DNA of 64,000 nt from a virus (IMGVR_UViG_3300032320_001595:17612-81611), one strand, 5' to 3'. Positions 1 through 7,324 are shown, counted from the stretch's first letter. Numbers and translations are program-made. The notes: generated by a model from the letters alone, not told the origin.

Positions 1-288
1 TGATAAATATACTACACTATCAATGTCGTACTTGTCAAAGTTTTCTACAACATCATTTTTGAGAACACGGTAGAACCTTGATTTAATACCTTTTTGCTTA
101 AAGAATCCCTCAGTTTTATTAACAAACTCAGCGGTAAACTGGTTTATTTTATATGGACCCGCTGTATAAATATCTAAACGACCATCACTATTGGTCGCAT
201 CTACTGCCTTATCTATGGCAACAACTACTGCCCTAGTAAAAGTATCGTAGTCGGCAAATTTTTGATTGCCGTAAACAAGGATTCTCAT
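1..288 (-). CDS. Hypothetical protein, partial (runs off window start); weak SLOG/YspA-like N-terminus
   Basis: Not in track; translated by hand: ATG at 288 after GGAGA SD, MRILVYGNQKFADYDTFTRAVVVAIDK..., open to base 1. Confidence 0.7.
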   Translation of the reverse strand, partial: MRILVYGNQKFADYDTFTRAVVVAIDKAVDATNSDGRLDIYTAGPYKINQFTAEFVNKTEGFFKQKGIKSRFYRVLKNDVVENFDKYDIDSVVYLS

Positions 289-295
289 TATTCTC

Positions 296-775
296 CTAAT
301 ATATGTTGGGAAATTCTCCAGCAACTAACCATTCATTTGTTGCTATCTTAATTAATTCTAGGCTAGTCCATCGGGCAGTAAGATAGTTTGAGTCTGCCTG
401 CCTTAATGTAACTCCAGACTCTTCAGTAAATTGTACAGTACCAGAGCCTGCTCGCGCAACCTTTATTGATGAGCCAACCTCTATTTCTTCTGTAGAATTA
501 TTTGGAACAATGAGGGTTGTGGCAGATGCTGAGTTTACTAATAGTATAGAGTTCTGCTCACTAGACATAATCATATAGGAGCCACCAGTAGTTATAGAAG
601 AAACTTCTCTTAAAAATGATGTTTCTAGATTCGTGGTGTTAATCATGTTAATCCATGCACCATCTGAGGCTAATCGTACTGTTTTTTCTACAGTATTAAA
701 ATATACTTCTCCGTCATTAAATATCTGCGGGTCGGATGCAAGGCTTGCCATCTTTAATGTAGATACTAATCTCAT
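296..775 (-). CDS. Small virion/fibre-related protein carrying the C-terminal domain also ending ORFs 22481-24922 and 59775-62246
   Basis: C-terminus ...ARAGSGTVQF...LTARWTSLELIKIATNEWLVAGEF aligns by eye with ...QTGAGQVT...GQWSAATLIKRGTDTWVAIGDL; start moved to ATG 775 (ATGA overlap with upstream stop). Confidence 0.7.
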   Translation of the reverse strand: MRLVSTLKMASLASDPQIFNDGEVYFNTVEKTVRLASDGAWINMINTTNLETSFLREVSSITTGGSYMIMSSEQNSILLVNSASATTLIVPNNSTEEIEVGSSIKVARAGSGTVQFTEESGVTLRQADSNYLTARWTSLELIKIATNEWLVAGEFPNIY

Positions 776-1257
776 GCAAATCTTCCGCCCCAAATGCTTT
801 TATTAACATTAACGTATCCAGGCGGAATTGCTGCTAAACGACACTTTCCCATCTCTTCAATTTCATAAGAAAGAATAGAGCATCCTATACCACCATCTTC
901 TTTTTCATAATGAAGAGAGCAGTTACCACACATGACGCCAATAGATGCATCTGAATTCTGCGCCGCAGATTCATAACCAATCCAGATCCCTGTCTCCTCT
1001 GCATTAAGGGGTCCATAATTATCTGCTATAGACACAAGAGAGTCATGAAACTGTTTCTCTGCATCAGAAAGTTGTTCGTATAAATTATGTTCAGCCTTAG
1101 AGATATCCTTTTTGGATCTCGCTTCAGCAGCGTACAGAGCACGCTGCTGCTCTATAGCCTCTCGTCTTGTTCCGTGAGTACCACGAACAGTTCCATCTGG
1201 ACTAACTACAGAATATCCAGACTTACCACGGTAGTTCTGTCTAATATCGTATGGCAT
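772..1257 (-). CDS. Hypothetical head-associated protein with CxxC-x12-C-x12-C (HiPIP-like) motif and scaffold-like C-terminal KSIWGGRF
   Basis: 161-aa ORF, GGGAGG SD, upstream TAAGGTATAAT; motifs read from translation. Confidence 0.7.
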   Translation of the reverse strand: MPYDIRQNYRGKSGYSVVSPDGTVRGTHGTRREAIEQQRALYAAEARSKKDISKAEHNLYEQLSDAEKQFHDSLVSIADNYGPLNAEETGIWIGYESAAQNSDASIGVMCGNCSLHYEKEDGGIGCSILSYEIEEMGKCRLAAIPPGYVNVNKSIWGGRFA

Positions 1258-1282
1258 ATCGGCCTCCCAAGCATTTGTATCT

Positions 1283-1293
1283 ATTATACCTTA
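1283..1293 (-). promoter_or_regulatory. -10-only promoter TAAGGTATAAT
   Basis: Identical 11-mer at 10420-10430; lies upstream of a gene start. Confidence 0.55.
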
Positions 1294-2438
1294 GATAGCA
1301 AAGTAATTTTTCTACTCTTTTTTGCCTCTATATTAATAAGTTCTATTGCCTCAGACCACTTATACTTAACCATATTTATATTAAATTGATTTGCTGCGAC
1401 AATATAATTTCTTTCACGCTCTTCATTTCTAATATCTGGATCTAGTAGTTTGGTTAGATGCTTCATCCAATCCTTTGAAGACTTTGCTATTCTTCCAGCA
1501 CCTAAATCCGCTAGATCCTGATACTCTTGTGTGTCAGATGCAATGAATGGTATACCTGACAAGGCATATTCAAGACCCTTTAAATTACTCTTGGCCTCGT
1601 TAAATTGATTCTTTGTCAGAGGAACTATTCCAATGTCAATAGGCATGAAGATATTAGAATAATACTGAGGTCTGGCACCCGTAAAGACACTTACTCTTTC
1701 TGGATCAATATTCAACGCCTCTGCGATCCAGTAGGGTTTATCTAGCATGCCTCCAGAATGATGAAACTTTAAATCGTATCTTTCTATAATTGTTTTGATT
1801 GGTCCTGAAAAATCTTTAAGATCATTTACGCGCCACATCATCATTCCGACCCATCCTATTGTGGGTTTATTGCCAGCGGTATCAAGTCTGTAAGTAAATG
1901 TTTTTGGATCTAGAGAGTTTGGAACGCGGTATACATTTTTATTATATCTATGCATTCTTTCTTCTAAGAATTTCGTACTTGCAATAATTCCATCTGCGGC
2001 AGAATAAGTTGAAATAAGATGATCTCTATTATTCTCTGGATTTCTTTGTGGATCAGTAGTTATAAAGGCTAGGTTGTCTTCTGGAAGTTGTTCGAAATGA
2101 TCATCTGTATCGACAATAACAGTCTGACCGTAACTCTTAGCAAGTTCTATATATTTAACTGCATCCTGGTGCATAAAAAGTTTAAGTACTACTACATCCA
2201 GTTTATCAAAGCACTCGTCATAGGTCTTAATGACCCCAGTCTTTCTATACTTTAATCTTTCTAAAGGCTTTACTGCAACAAAACCCTCGCCATCCTTCCA
2301 GCCAATCTCACCCACCATTACCTGATGACCTATGCTTGTTAACAACATACCTGGCATAAGCATTCTTACGTTGGTGCATCCACCTGGCAGCGCCTCATAG
2401 TGGTCGCCCCAATCTGTAGAAAGAAATCCAATCCTCAT
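1284..2438 (-). CDS. Glycosyltransferase (GT-B, GT4-like)
   Basis: 384 aa; TIGWVG, DIGIVPL...FNEAKSNLKGLEYALSGIPFIASD GT-B C-terminal signature. Confidence 0.8.
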   Translation of the reverse strand: MRIGFLSTDWGDHYEALPGGCTNVRMLMPGMLLTSIGHQVMVGEIGWKDGEGFVAVKPLERLKYRKTGVIKTYDECFDKLDVVVLKLFMHQDAVKYIELAKSYGQTVIVDTDDHFEQLPEDNLAFITTDPQRNPENNRDHLISTYSAADGIIASTKFLEERMHRYNKNVYRVPNSLDPKTFTYRLDTAGNKPTIGWVGMMMWRVNDLKDFSGPIKTIIERYDLKFHHSGGMLDKPYWIAEALNIDPERVSVFTGARPQYYSNIFMPIDIGIVPLTKNQFNEAKSNLKGLEYALSGIPFIASDTQEYQDLADLGAGRIAKSSKDWMKHLTKLLDPDIRNEERERNYIVAANQFNINMVKYKWSEAIELINIEAKKSRKITLLSKV

Positions 2439-2456
2439 TTATTCTCCATTATGTAG

Positions 2457-2503
2457 ATATGGCGGGGGCTGTTGCCGCAATGGTTTGTTTACCCCCGCCA
2501 TAT
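2457..2503 (-). terminator. GC-rich inverted repeat downstream of the lysozyme-like gene; probable terminator or RNA stability hairpin
   Basis: 12-bp arms atatggcggggg (2457-2468) / cccccgccatat (2492-2503), 23-nt loop, intergenic; no clear U-tract. Confidence 0.5.
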
Positions 2504-2514
2504 ATATTACTACG

Positions 2515-3135
2515 TTAAATCTTTTCTGGGGTACATTTCTTTGGGAATAAAGACCACCCAGTATTGAATGGTGCAATGACCCATGAATATGTTAATCCAG
2601 ATCCCCAAAGGGAATAATACATTCCTGCATTCTCGTACCATGAGTCATTCTTAAATGAATATCCATAGCCCCAATTATGCATTCCATCATTAAGGAAGTG
2701 CTTCCTTACAATTTCTGATTGCTTTTCCTTGTCTAGCATATTATCTCTAGACCACCAGGATCTTCCTGACCAGGCACTTGTCTGAATTTGCCAAGTACCT
2801 AAAGCACCTGAATACCATAAACTTGACTCATCAAGTGCTTCATGCTTTGATTCGCGCCAGGTAATTGCCCAGGCTCCTCTAAGCATTCCAGGTCTATTAA
2901 AACCCGCCTTAAACAGTATCTTTGCTTGCTTATCATTACAATTAGATGGCAATGTCCAGTTTCTATCTGTTATTGCCCTTCTTTCTAATGTATCAGCGGT
3001 GGCAAGGTTTCCTGTACCTTCCGCCAAGGGCGAAGACTTAGCATACGCCATACTTGATGCAGCAATAAATGTAATTGCTAATACTACAACAGCAATCCAA
3101 CCTACTGCCAAACCAATTTGGTTTTTTGTCGTCAT
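2515..3135 (-). CDS. Secreted or membrane-anchored lysozyme-like (lytic transglycosylase-like) protein
   Basis: N-terminal hydrophobic signal/anchor; AWAITWRES (putative catalytic Glu), GALGTWQI and GMHNW motifs of the lysozyme-like fold; start moved to ATG 3135 after AAGGAGG. Confidence 0.65.
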   Translation of the reverse strand: MTTKNQIGLAVGWIAVVVLAITFIAASSMAYAKSSPLAEGTGNLATADTLERRAITDRNWTLPSNCNDKQAKILFKAGFNRPGMLRGAWAITWRESKHEALDESSLWYSGALGTWQIQTSAWSGRSWWSRDNMLDKEKQSEIVRKHFLNDGMHNWGYGYSFKNDSWYENAGMYYSLWGSGLTYSWVIAPFNTGWSLFPKKCTPEKI

Positions 3136-3165
3136 ATTGACCTCCTTTGGCGGCAACATCATTCT

Positions 3166-3194
3166 ACTTTACAGCAAAGTTTTATAGAAGTCAA
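3166..3194 (-). promoter_or_regulatory. Housekeeping sigma70/SigA-type promoter for the lysozyme-like gene
   Basis: Minus strand TTGACT-17 bp-TAAAGT. Confidence 0.6.
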
Positions 3195-3216
3195 GGGTCG
3201 CATAGCATAGAGATTT

Positions 3217-3330
3217 TTATTTTTTGTCCCAGTCAATAATTTCTATCATGTCTGGGTAAATGGTAACATGTGGAAGAAAGTTATAGTTAGCACTATCTTT
3301 TACAAGACAGTAAAATGTAAAGTATTTCAT
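3217..3330 (-). CDS. Small hypothetical protein (37 aa)
   Basis: Hand-translated MKYFTFYCLVKDSANYNFLPHVTIYPDMIEIIDWDKK; starts 2 nt after upstream stop; below track cutoff. Confidence 0.35.
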   Translation of the reverse strand: MKYFTFYCLVKDSANYNFLPHVTIYPDMIEIIDWDKK

Positions 3331-3332
3331 AT

Positions 3333-3500
3333 CTACTCGTCATAGTCCCATCGTATTATCATCATTGCATATTTCAGCCCCTGTCTAAACCATTCCGCCT
3401 CTGAAGAATAATCTTCTGCAAAAGGAGTTTCGATACATTCTTCTATTTGATCTGAGAATCTATCTCGCCAATATTTTTGGCATTCATCGTCGCTATGCAT
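3333..3500 (-). CDS. Small hypothetical protein (55 aa)
   Basis: Hand-translated MHSDDECQKYWRDRFSDQIEECIETPFAEDYSSEAEWFRQGLKYAMMIIRWDYDE, directly downstream of tRNA-Asn. Confidence 0.55.
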   Translation of the reverse strand: MHSDDECQKYWRDRFSDQIEECIETPFAEDYSSEAEWFRQGLKYAMMIIRWDYDE

Positions 3501-3507
3501 TTCCACG

Positions 3508-3580
3508 CTGGCGCGGGAGGGTACGATCCTCCAACCCTTCGGTTAACAGCCGAATGTTCTGCCAATTGAACTACGCGCCA
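3508..3580 (-). tRNA. tRNA-Asn(GTT), no encoded CCA
   Basis: 73-nt cloverleaf: acceptor TGGCGCG/CGCGCCA, G73, anticodon arm TTCGG-CTGTTAA-CCGAA, T arm GGAGG-ATCGTAC-CCTCC. Confidence 0.9.
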
Positions 3581-3988
3581 TTAGATATTTAGATATCTAT
3601 TCTGCCCTCTAATAAATGTTCTTATTCTATGGCAGTTTGCACAAACTACATCACACTTCTCTACTTCTTTTATTGCCTTGTCCCAACCATATTTGTGTAA
3701 TATTTCTGTAGGGCCACCAGTTTTTTCAAACTCAGGTTTATGGTCAAAGTCCAGAATCCAATGTGGATACTTTTCTCCGCAGTCCATACATCCTTTTTCT
3801 TCTTTATATTTCCAAAGTTTTCTTTTTAAAATTGTTCTATTTCTATTTGTCCGATCTTTTGTTTTCTGCTTTTGGCCCTCGCCAACATGATAGGCAATAG
3901 TGCTTTTAGAACATCCTAAAATTTCTTGTATCTCTTTATATGTTTTTCCTTGATCTCTTAACCTAAGAATGTTTTCTTTATGCTTCAT
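3581..3988 (-). CDS. HNH homing endonuclease with N-terminal HTH
   Basis: HTH (TYKEIQEILGCSKSTIAYH), CMDC...DFDH...CDVVCANCH-R HNH/Zn motif; sits between two tRNAs. Confidence 0.85.
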   Translation of the reverse strand: MKHKENILRLRDQGKTYKEIQEILGCSKSTIAYHVGEGQKQKTKDRTNRNRTILKRKLWKYKEEKGCMDCGEKYPHWILDFDHKPEFEKTGGPTEILHKYGWDKAIKEVEKCDVVCANCHRIRTFIRGQNRYLNI

Positions 3989-3989
3989 A

Positions 3990-4015
3990 GTTCGATTATA
4001 TCATATAATTCGAAC
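3990..4015 (-). promoter_or_regulatory. Extended -10 promoter (TGATATAAT) inside an imperfect palindrome, 6 nt before the HNH ATG (leaderless type)
   Basis: Plus strand gttcgattatatcatataattcgaac; TATAAT-CGAACT-ATG on minus. Confidence 0.55.
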
Positions 4016-4020
4016 AATCG

Positions 4021-4092
4021 CTCCCAATCAAGGATTCAAACCTCGTCCTCAACATCCAAAGTGTTGCGTGCTGTCGATTACACCAATCGGGA
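4021..4092 (-). tRNA. tRNA-Gln(TTG), no encoded CCA
   Basis: 72-nt cloverleaf: acceptor TCCCGAT/ATTGGGA, D stem GTGT/GCAC, anticodon arm CAACA-CTTTGGA-TGTTG, T arm CGAGG-TTTGAAT-CCTTG. Confidence 0.88.
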
Positions 4093-4095
4093 AAA

Positions 4096-4203
4096 GACCG
4101 ATGTGCCAGCGGGTAACTACACCATCCCAAGGTTTTCTGCACGTTTGACTAACTTCATGCTGGTATCAACCGCGTAACTCGGCATTGCTGGCACATCGGA
4201 GTC
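4096..4203 (-). ncRNA. Candidate structured ncRNA of unknown class (13-bp perfect closing stem, 76-nt interior)
   Basis: Arms ccgatgtgccagc (4098-4110) and gctggcacatcgg (4187-4199); fills the gap between a stop codon and tRNA-Gln; small internal hairpins. Confidence 0.5.
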
Positions 4204-4562
4204 TATTTAGTTATATCGAAGGGGGAGCCTTCCCAAACCTTCTTCATTCTGTTAACTATTGCTTTAGACCAGGAAAATCCTGCGTCACCGCCCCAGGCTT
4301 CCCACATAATTCTTCCATTAGATGGAAAACCTTCTTCTCCAGAATTAAAACCCTTACCTTGCTTATCTACTTCATGTCTAGAAAAATAAGAGTACATTCT
4401 TTTTACTGTATCTAAAGATAGATTTTCTTTGTTTGCAAGTTGACTTGCTCTAGTCCATCCAACAGATGTACCAGCGCCTTTTGCTTTTCCTTCTTCTTTC
4501 CATTTTAAAGCACGGCGTGCCGCTGCTGCCATAGAATCTGTAGGTTTGTATGTCTCAGCCAT
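4203..4562 (-). CDS. Conserved phage head-morphogenesis-associated small protein
   Basis: Recognisable phage domain (ARRAL.W...GT.VGW.RA.QLA....LS.DTVKRM.SYF.RH...GRI.W..WGGDAG..W), recalled as often fused to head proteins. Confidence 0.7.
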   Translation of the reverse strand: MAETYKPTDSMAAAARRALKWKEEGKAKGAGTSVGWTRASQLANKENLSLDTVKRMYSYFSRHEVDKQGKGFNSGEEGFPSNGRIMWEAWGGDAGFSWSKAIVNRMKKVWEGSPFDITK

Positions 4563-4686
4563 CGTATTTCTCCCATCTCCAAAAACTTATGTAGTATGCA
4601 TGAAAATGTGTGTTGCAAGCATAGGTCTTAGTTTCATTTCTTTCTCCAACCCATTCCGCTGGCTGACCACAAAATTTGCATTCCAT
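4555..4686 (-). CDS. Small Cys/His zinc-finger-like protein (43 aa)
   Basis: Hand-translated MECKFCGQPAEWVGERNETKTYACNTHFHAYYISFWRWEKYDG; preferred over track ORF 4546-4731. Confidence 0.6.
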   Translation of the reverse strand: MECKFCGQPAEWVGERNETKTYACNTHFHAYYISFWRWEKYDG

Positions 4687-4690
4687 AGTA

Positions 4691-5218
4691 TTATAGCATT
4701 CCAAGTTTGCTTGCATAGTCATACATCATAATGCCGCTTGCGACACTAACATTAAGACTTCTTACACTACCAAGTTGTGGAATCATTACAATGTCATCAG
4801 CCATACCCAAGCCCATTGGACTTACGCCCCTAGCCTCTTCTCCGAAAATCATAAAGGTATTTGGAGTCCATTCGTATTGAGTGATAGGAATTGCTCCAGG
4901 AACATTATCTACTGCCACCCAGCGCATATCTCTAATGTGTGGCTCGTTAAGATAGATGTGATCAAGCGACGGAGCGTACTTTAAATGGATATAGTTATGA
5001 GTTCCTACGGCACCGCGACGGTCCCATTTTTTATTTCCAATAATCCAAGATTCTTTAGCAAGAAATGCATTGCTATTACGAATTCCAGAAGCCTTATTAA
5101 AGTCTCCAGAGATGTTCTCAAATCCCACAACAAAGGGAAGACGTTTTGTATCTAGATCAGCCTTAACCTGATCTGTTTCCCACTCTTTGTAGTAGTCAAT
5201 AACATTATGACTCTTCAT
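4691..5218 (-). CDS. SpoU/TrmH-family RNA 2'-O-methyltransferase (SPOUT)
   Basis: ENISGDFNKASGIRNSNAF (motif 1), FGEEARG (motif 2), IPQLGSVRSLNVSVASGIMMY (motif 3). Confidence 0.88.
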   Translation of the reverse strand: MKSHNVIDYYKEWETDQVKADLDTKRLPFVVGFENISGDFNKASGIRNSNAFLAKESWIIGNKKWDRRGAVGTHNYIHLKYAPSLDHIYLNEPHIRDMRWVAVDNVPGAIPITQYEWTPNTFMIFGEEARGVSPMGLGMADDIVMIPQLGSVRSLNVSVASGIMMYDYASKLGML

Positions 5219-5546
5219 TAGAATATGCTCCAGTACTGTAGATAAGATACATCATTGACTTTTCATCATCAGTTAGATCATCTGACTCAGGCCAGGTATC
5301 TGACCTATCTGTTAAGTATATATAAGACTTACCATCATTGTCCATCATTAAATCAATGAATCCTTTAAACCACAGACTGCTCATAATATCTGAGTCTTGC
5401 TCTTTCATCCATTGGGCTAATTCTTTTTGCTCTTTATAAAATAACTCTGTTAGTTTATATATAGGGTCACCAGCAACATTATATGAAACGACCTCTACAT
5501 AGCCGTATTCAACGAACATCTTTAATATCTCTTCATTCATGTCCAT
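5205..5546 (-). CDS. Hypothetical protein
   Basis: 113-aa ORF in tight operon, overlapping its neighbour. Confidence 0.7.
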   Translation of the reverse strand: MDMNEEILKMFVEYGYVEVVSYNVAGDPIYKLTELFYKEQKELAQWMKEQDSDIMSSLWFKGFIDLMMDNDGKSYIYLTDRSDTWPESDDLTDDEKSMMYLIYSTGAYSNEES

Positions 5547-5554
5547 ATAAATCC

Positions 5555-7324
5555 TTAAACTAGGCCAATCGACCAGTCGCTCATGCCATCATTTTGTTGT
5601 GGGGGCTGGATAACATTCTTCTCAGCCTCTTCTTTTCGCCTGTCTCTTATAAACTGTTTATAGGTATGCACTTCTATTTCAACTTCTTGGGATTGTTTTT
5701 TACTGTTTGCAATGGAGTTGTAAATAGATCCACATACAGCATCTGACAAGTCTTTACTGCCTTTTCTTGGGTGATCTACTTTATCACGAATGATTCTTAA
5801 CTGCAATAATTCATCTATAAGAAGTGGTATTGAAGGTCCGACAATTCTTTCCTCCCCAACAAGCATTGCCATGTCATCGTAATGTTTTTTGGCAACAGAA
5901 AGAGTTTCTGTTTCTATTCCTATCATTCTTAATTCTGCCATAATATCGTGAGAGTTCCATCTATCGAATGTTACCTTTTTAATATTAAATCCACGCGATC
6001 TTAAGTCCACAATAAACTGCTTAACCTCTGAAAAATCTACAGATTTATCTGAGGTAGGGGTCCACCATCTTACACAATCTACTACAACTAAAGGACTCAC
6101 AACATTATGGTTAAGAAAACTTTTTAGTTGCACCCATCTGTCAACGTGTGCCATAGATACAGCACAATGATCATGCTTCTGGGCCAAGTCAACATGTACA
6201 TAGTATTCTTTACCCTCCTGAGGAATAAACCAGTCTCTAAACCTACCATCATCGTCTACTCCATTGAGTTGCTGATTAAAGCATGATGTAATTTTTTCAC
6301 GGGACTTAAAGAACGCATCTACTGCATCTGCTGGCATACAAGCGAATCTTCCAAGAGCATCTACAGGGTTGTTAAAAAATGCAATCTTAAAGTCATCTAT
6401 AGATCTTGTTGGATTCACTTCCCATGTGGGTCGGCGTAGGGCAAAAACCTTTGGATATCTATAGGCATTAATATTATCTTCCTCCCACTCAATGGTGAAC
6501 TCATTCTCTGGAACTCCTTCTAGTTCATCATCTAGTTTAAAGGTATAAGTTTTTATCTCAATGTCTTTGTCCGCAATTACCGATTCATAGCGCTGCTGAA
6601 TAAAGTCATTCTTATATCTGGGGAATGATAGAAGAATAACTTTTCCAAAATCTGGAAATCGTGAATCTACGGAGGCTCTATACATATCATAGATCGCTTG
6701 ACCCGTCTTAGATTGTTCATTTCCACTTGTCGATACTGTGCTAAATCCAGATATCTCGTCAAGAATAACGCATATAACGTTGTATCCCTCCCAAGATTCT
6801 CTTTCTGAGTGACCAGAGTGGCATGTAATTGATTTGTCAAACGAAACACTCTGTGCTGTAATGTTATATTTTCCTACGAACCATGGAGAGTCTTCAATTC
6901 TTTTACGGAACCCTTTGAAGAATACATTTTTTGCCTGCTCAGAGTTAATGGCGATATTGATAATGTCAATAGAGTCTCCTGGAGGCTTGCCAAAATATTT
7001 TGCGGGATCTTTTAGGCAAAGCAATAAATATACAAGATATGTCACGGAGATAGTAGATAGGTAGTCTTTGCCACTACCTTTTCCAAGTTGTAAAATAACT
7101 TCATTGCAGGTTTGACGGTATCTTTTATTACCCTCTTCTTCTCCAAGAATTTTTACTAAAGTTTCTTTCTTATAAATTTGAGTCATGGCTCTAATAGACT
7201 GATACTGATATGATGAAAGTGGTGGAAGTTTTAGATACTGCTCACTTGTAACAAACTCTTCAATGGATACGGGGTACTCTTCAAACTCGTCGTCCTCCAA
7301 TGCCGACAAAAAATCATCGAACAT
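5555..7324 (-). CDS. terL: Terminase large subunit
   Basis: Walker A QLGKGSGKD, Walker B VILDEISGF, nuclease HVDLAQKHD and DHPRKGSKDLSDAV. Confidence 0.92.
   Translation of the reverse strand: MFDDFLSALEDDEFEEYPVSIEEFVTSEQYLKLPPLSSYQYQSIRAMTQIYKKETLVKILGEEEGNKRYRQTCNEVILQLGKGSGKDYLSTISVTYLVYLLLCLKDPAKYFGKPPGDSIDIINIAINSEQAKNVFFKGFRKRIEDSPWFVGKYNITAQSVSFDKSITCHSGHSERESWEGYNVICVILDEISGFSTVSTSGNEQSKTGQAIYDMYRASVDSRFPDFGKVILLSFPRYKNDFIQQRYESVIADKDIEIKTYTFKLDDELEGVPENEFTIEWEEDNINAYRYPKVFALRRPTWEVNPTRSIDDFKIAFFNNPVDALGRFACMPADAVDAFFKSREKITSCFNQQLNGVDDDGRFRDWFIPQEGKEYYVHVDLAQKHDHCAVSMAHVDRWVQLKSFLNHNVVSPLVVVDCVRWWTPTSDKSVDFSEVKQFIVDLRSRGFNIKKVTFDRWNSHDIMAELRMIGIETETLSVAKKHYDDMAMLVGEERIVGPSIPLLIDELLQLRIIRDKVDHPRKGSKDLSDAVCGSIYNSIANSKKQSQEVEIEVHTYKQFIRDRRKEEAEKNVIQPPQQNDGMSDWSIGLV

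Noticed and set aside
4096-4203. Assigning the hairpin as a third tRNA, tmRNA, SRP RNA, hammerhead or known riboswitch
   Set aside because: No cloverleaf or T-loop, too short for tmRNA, and no SRP GGAA/CAGG or hammerhead CUGANGA core. Left unclassified.
4546-4731. Track ORF of 61 aa
   Set aside because: Replaced by the better-fitting 43-aa CxxC ORF 4555-4686, which has an upstream TATAAT and overlaps the next start.
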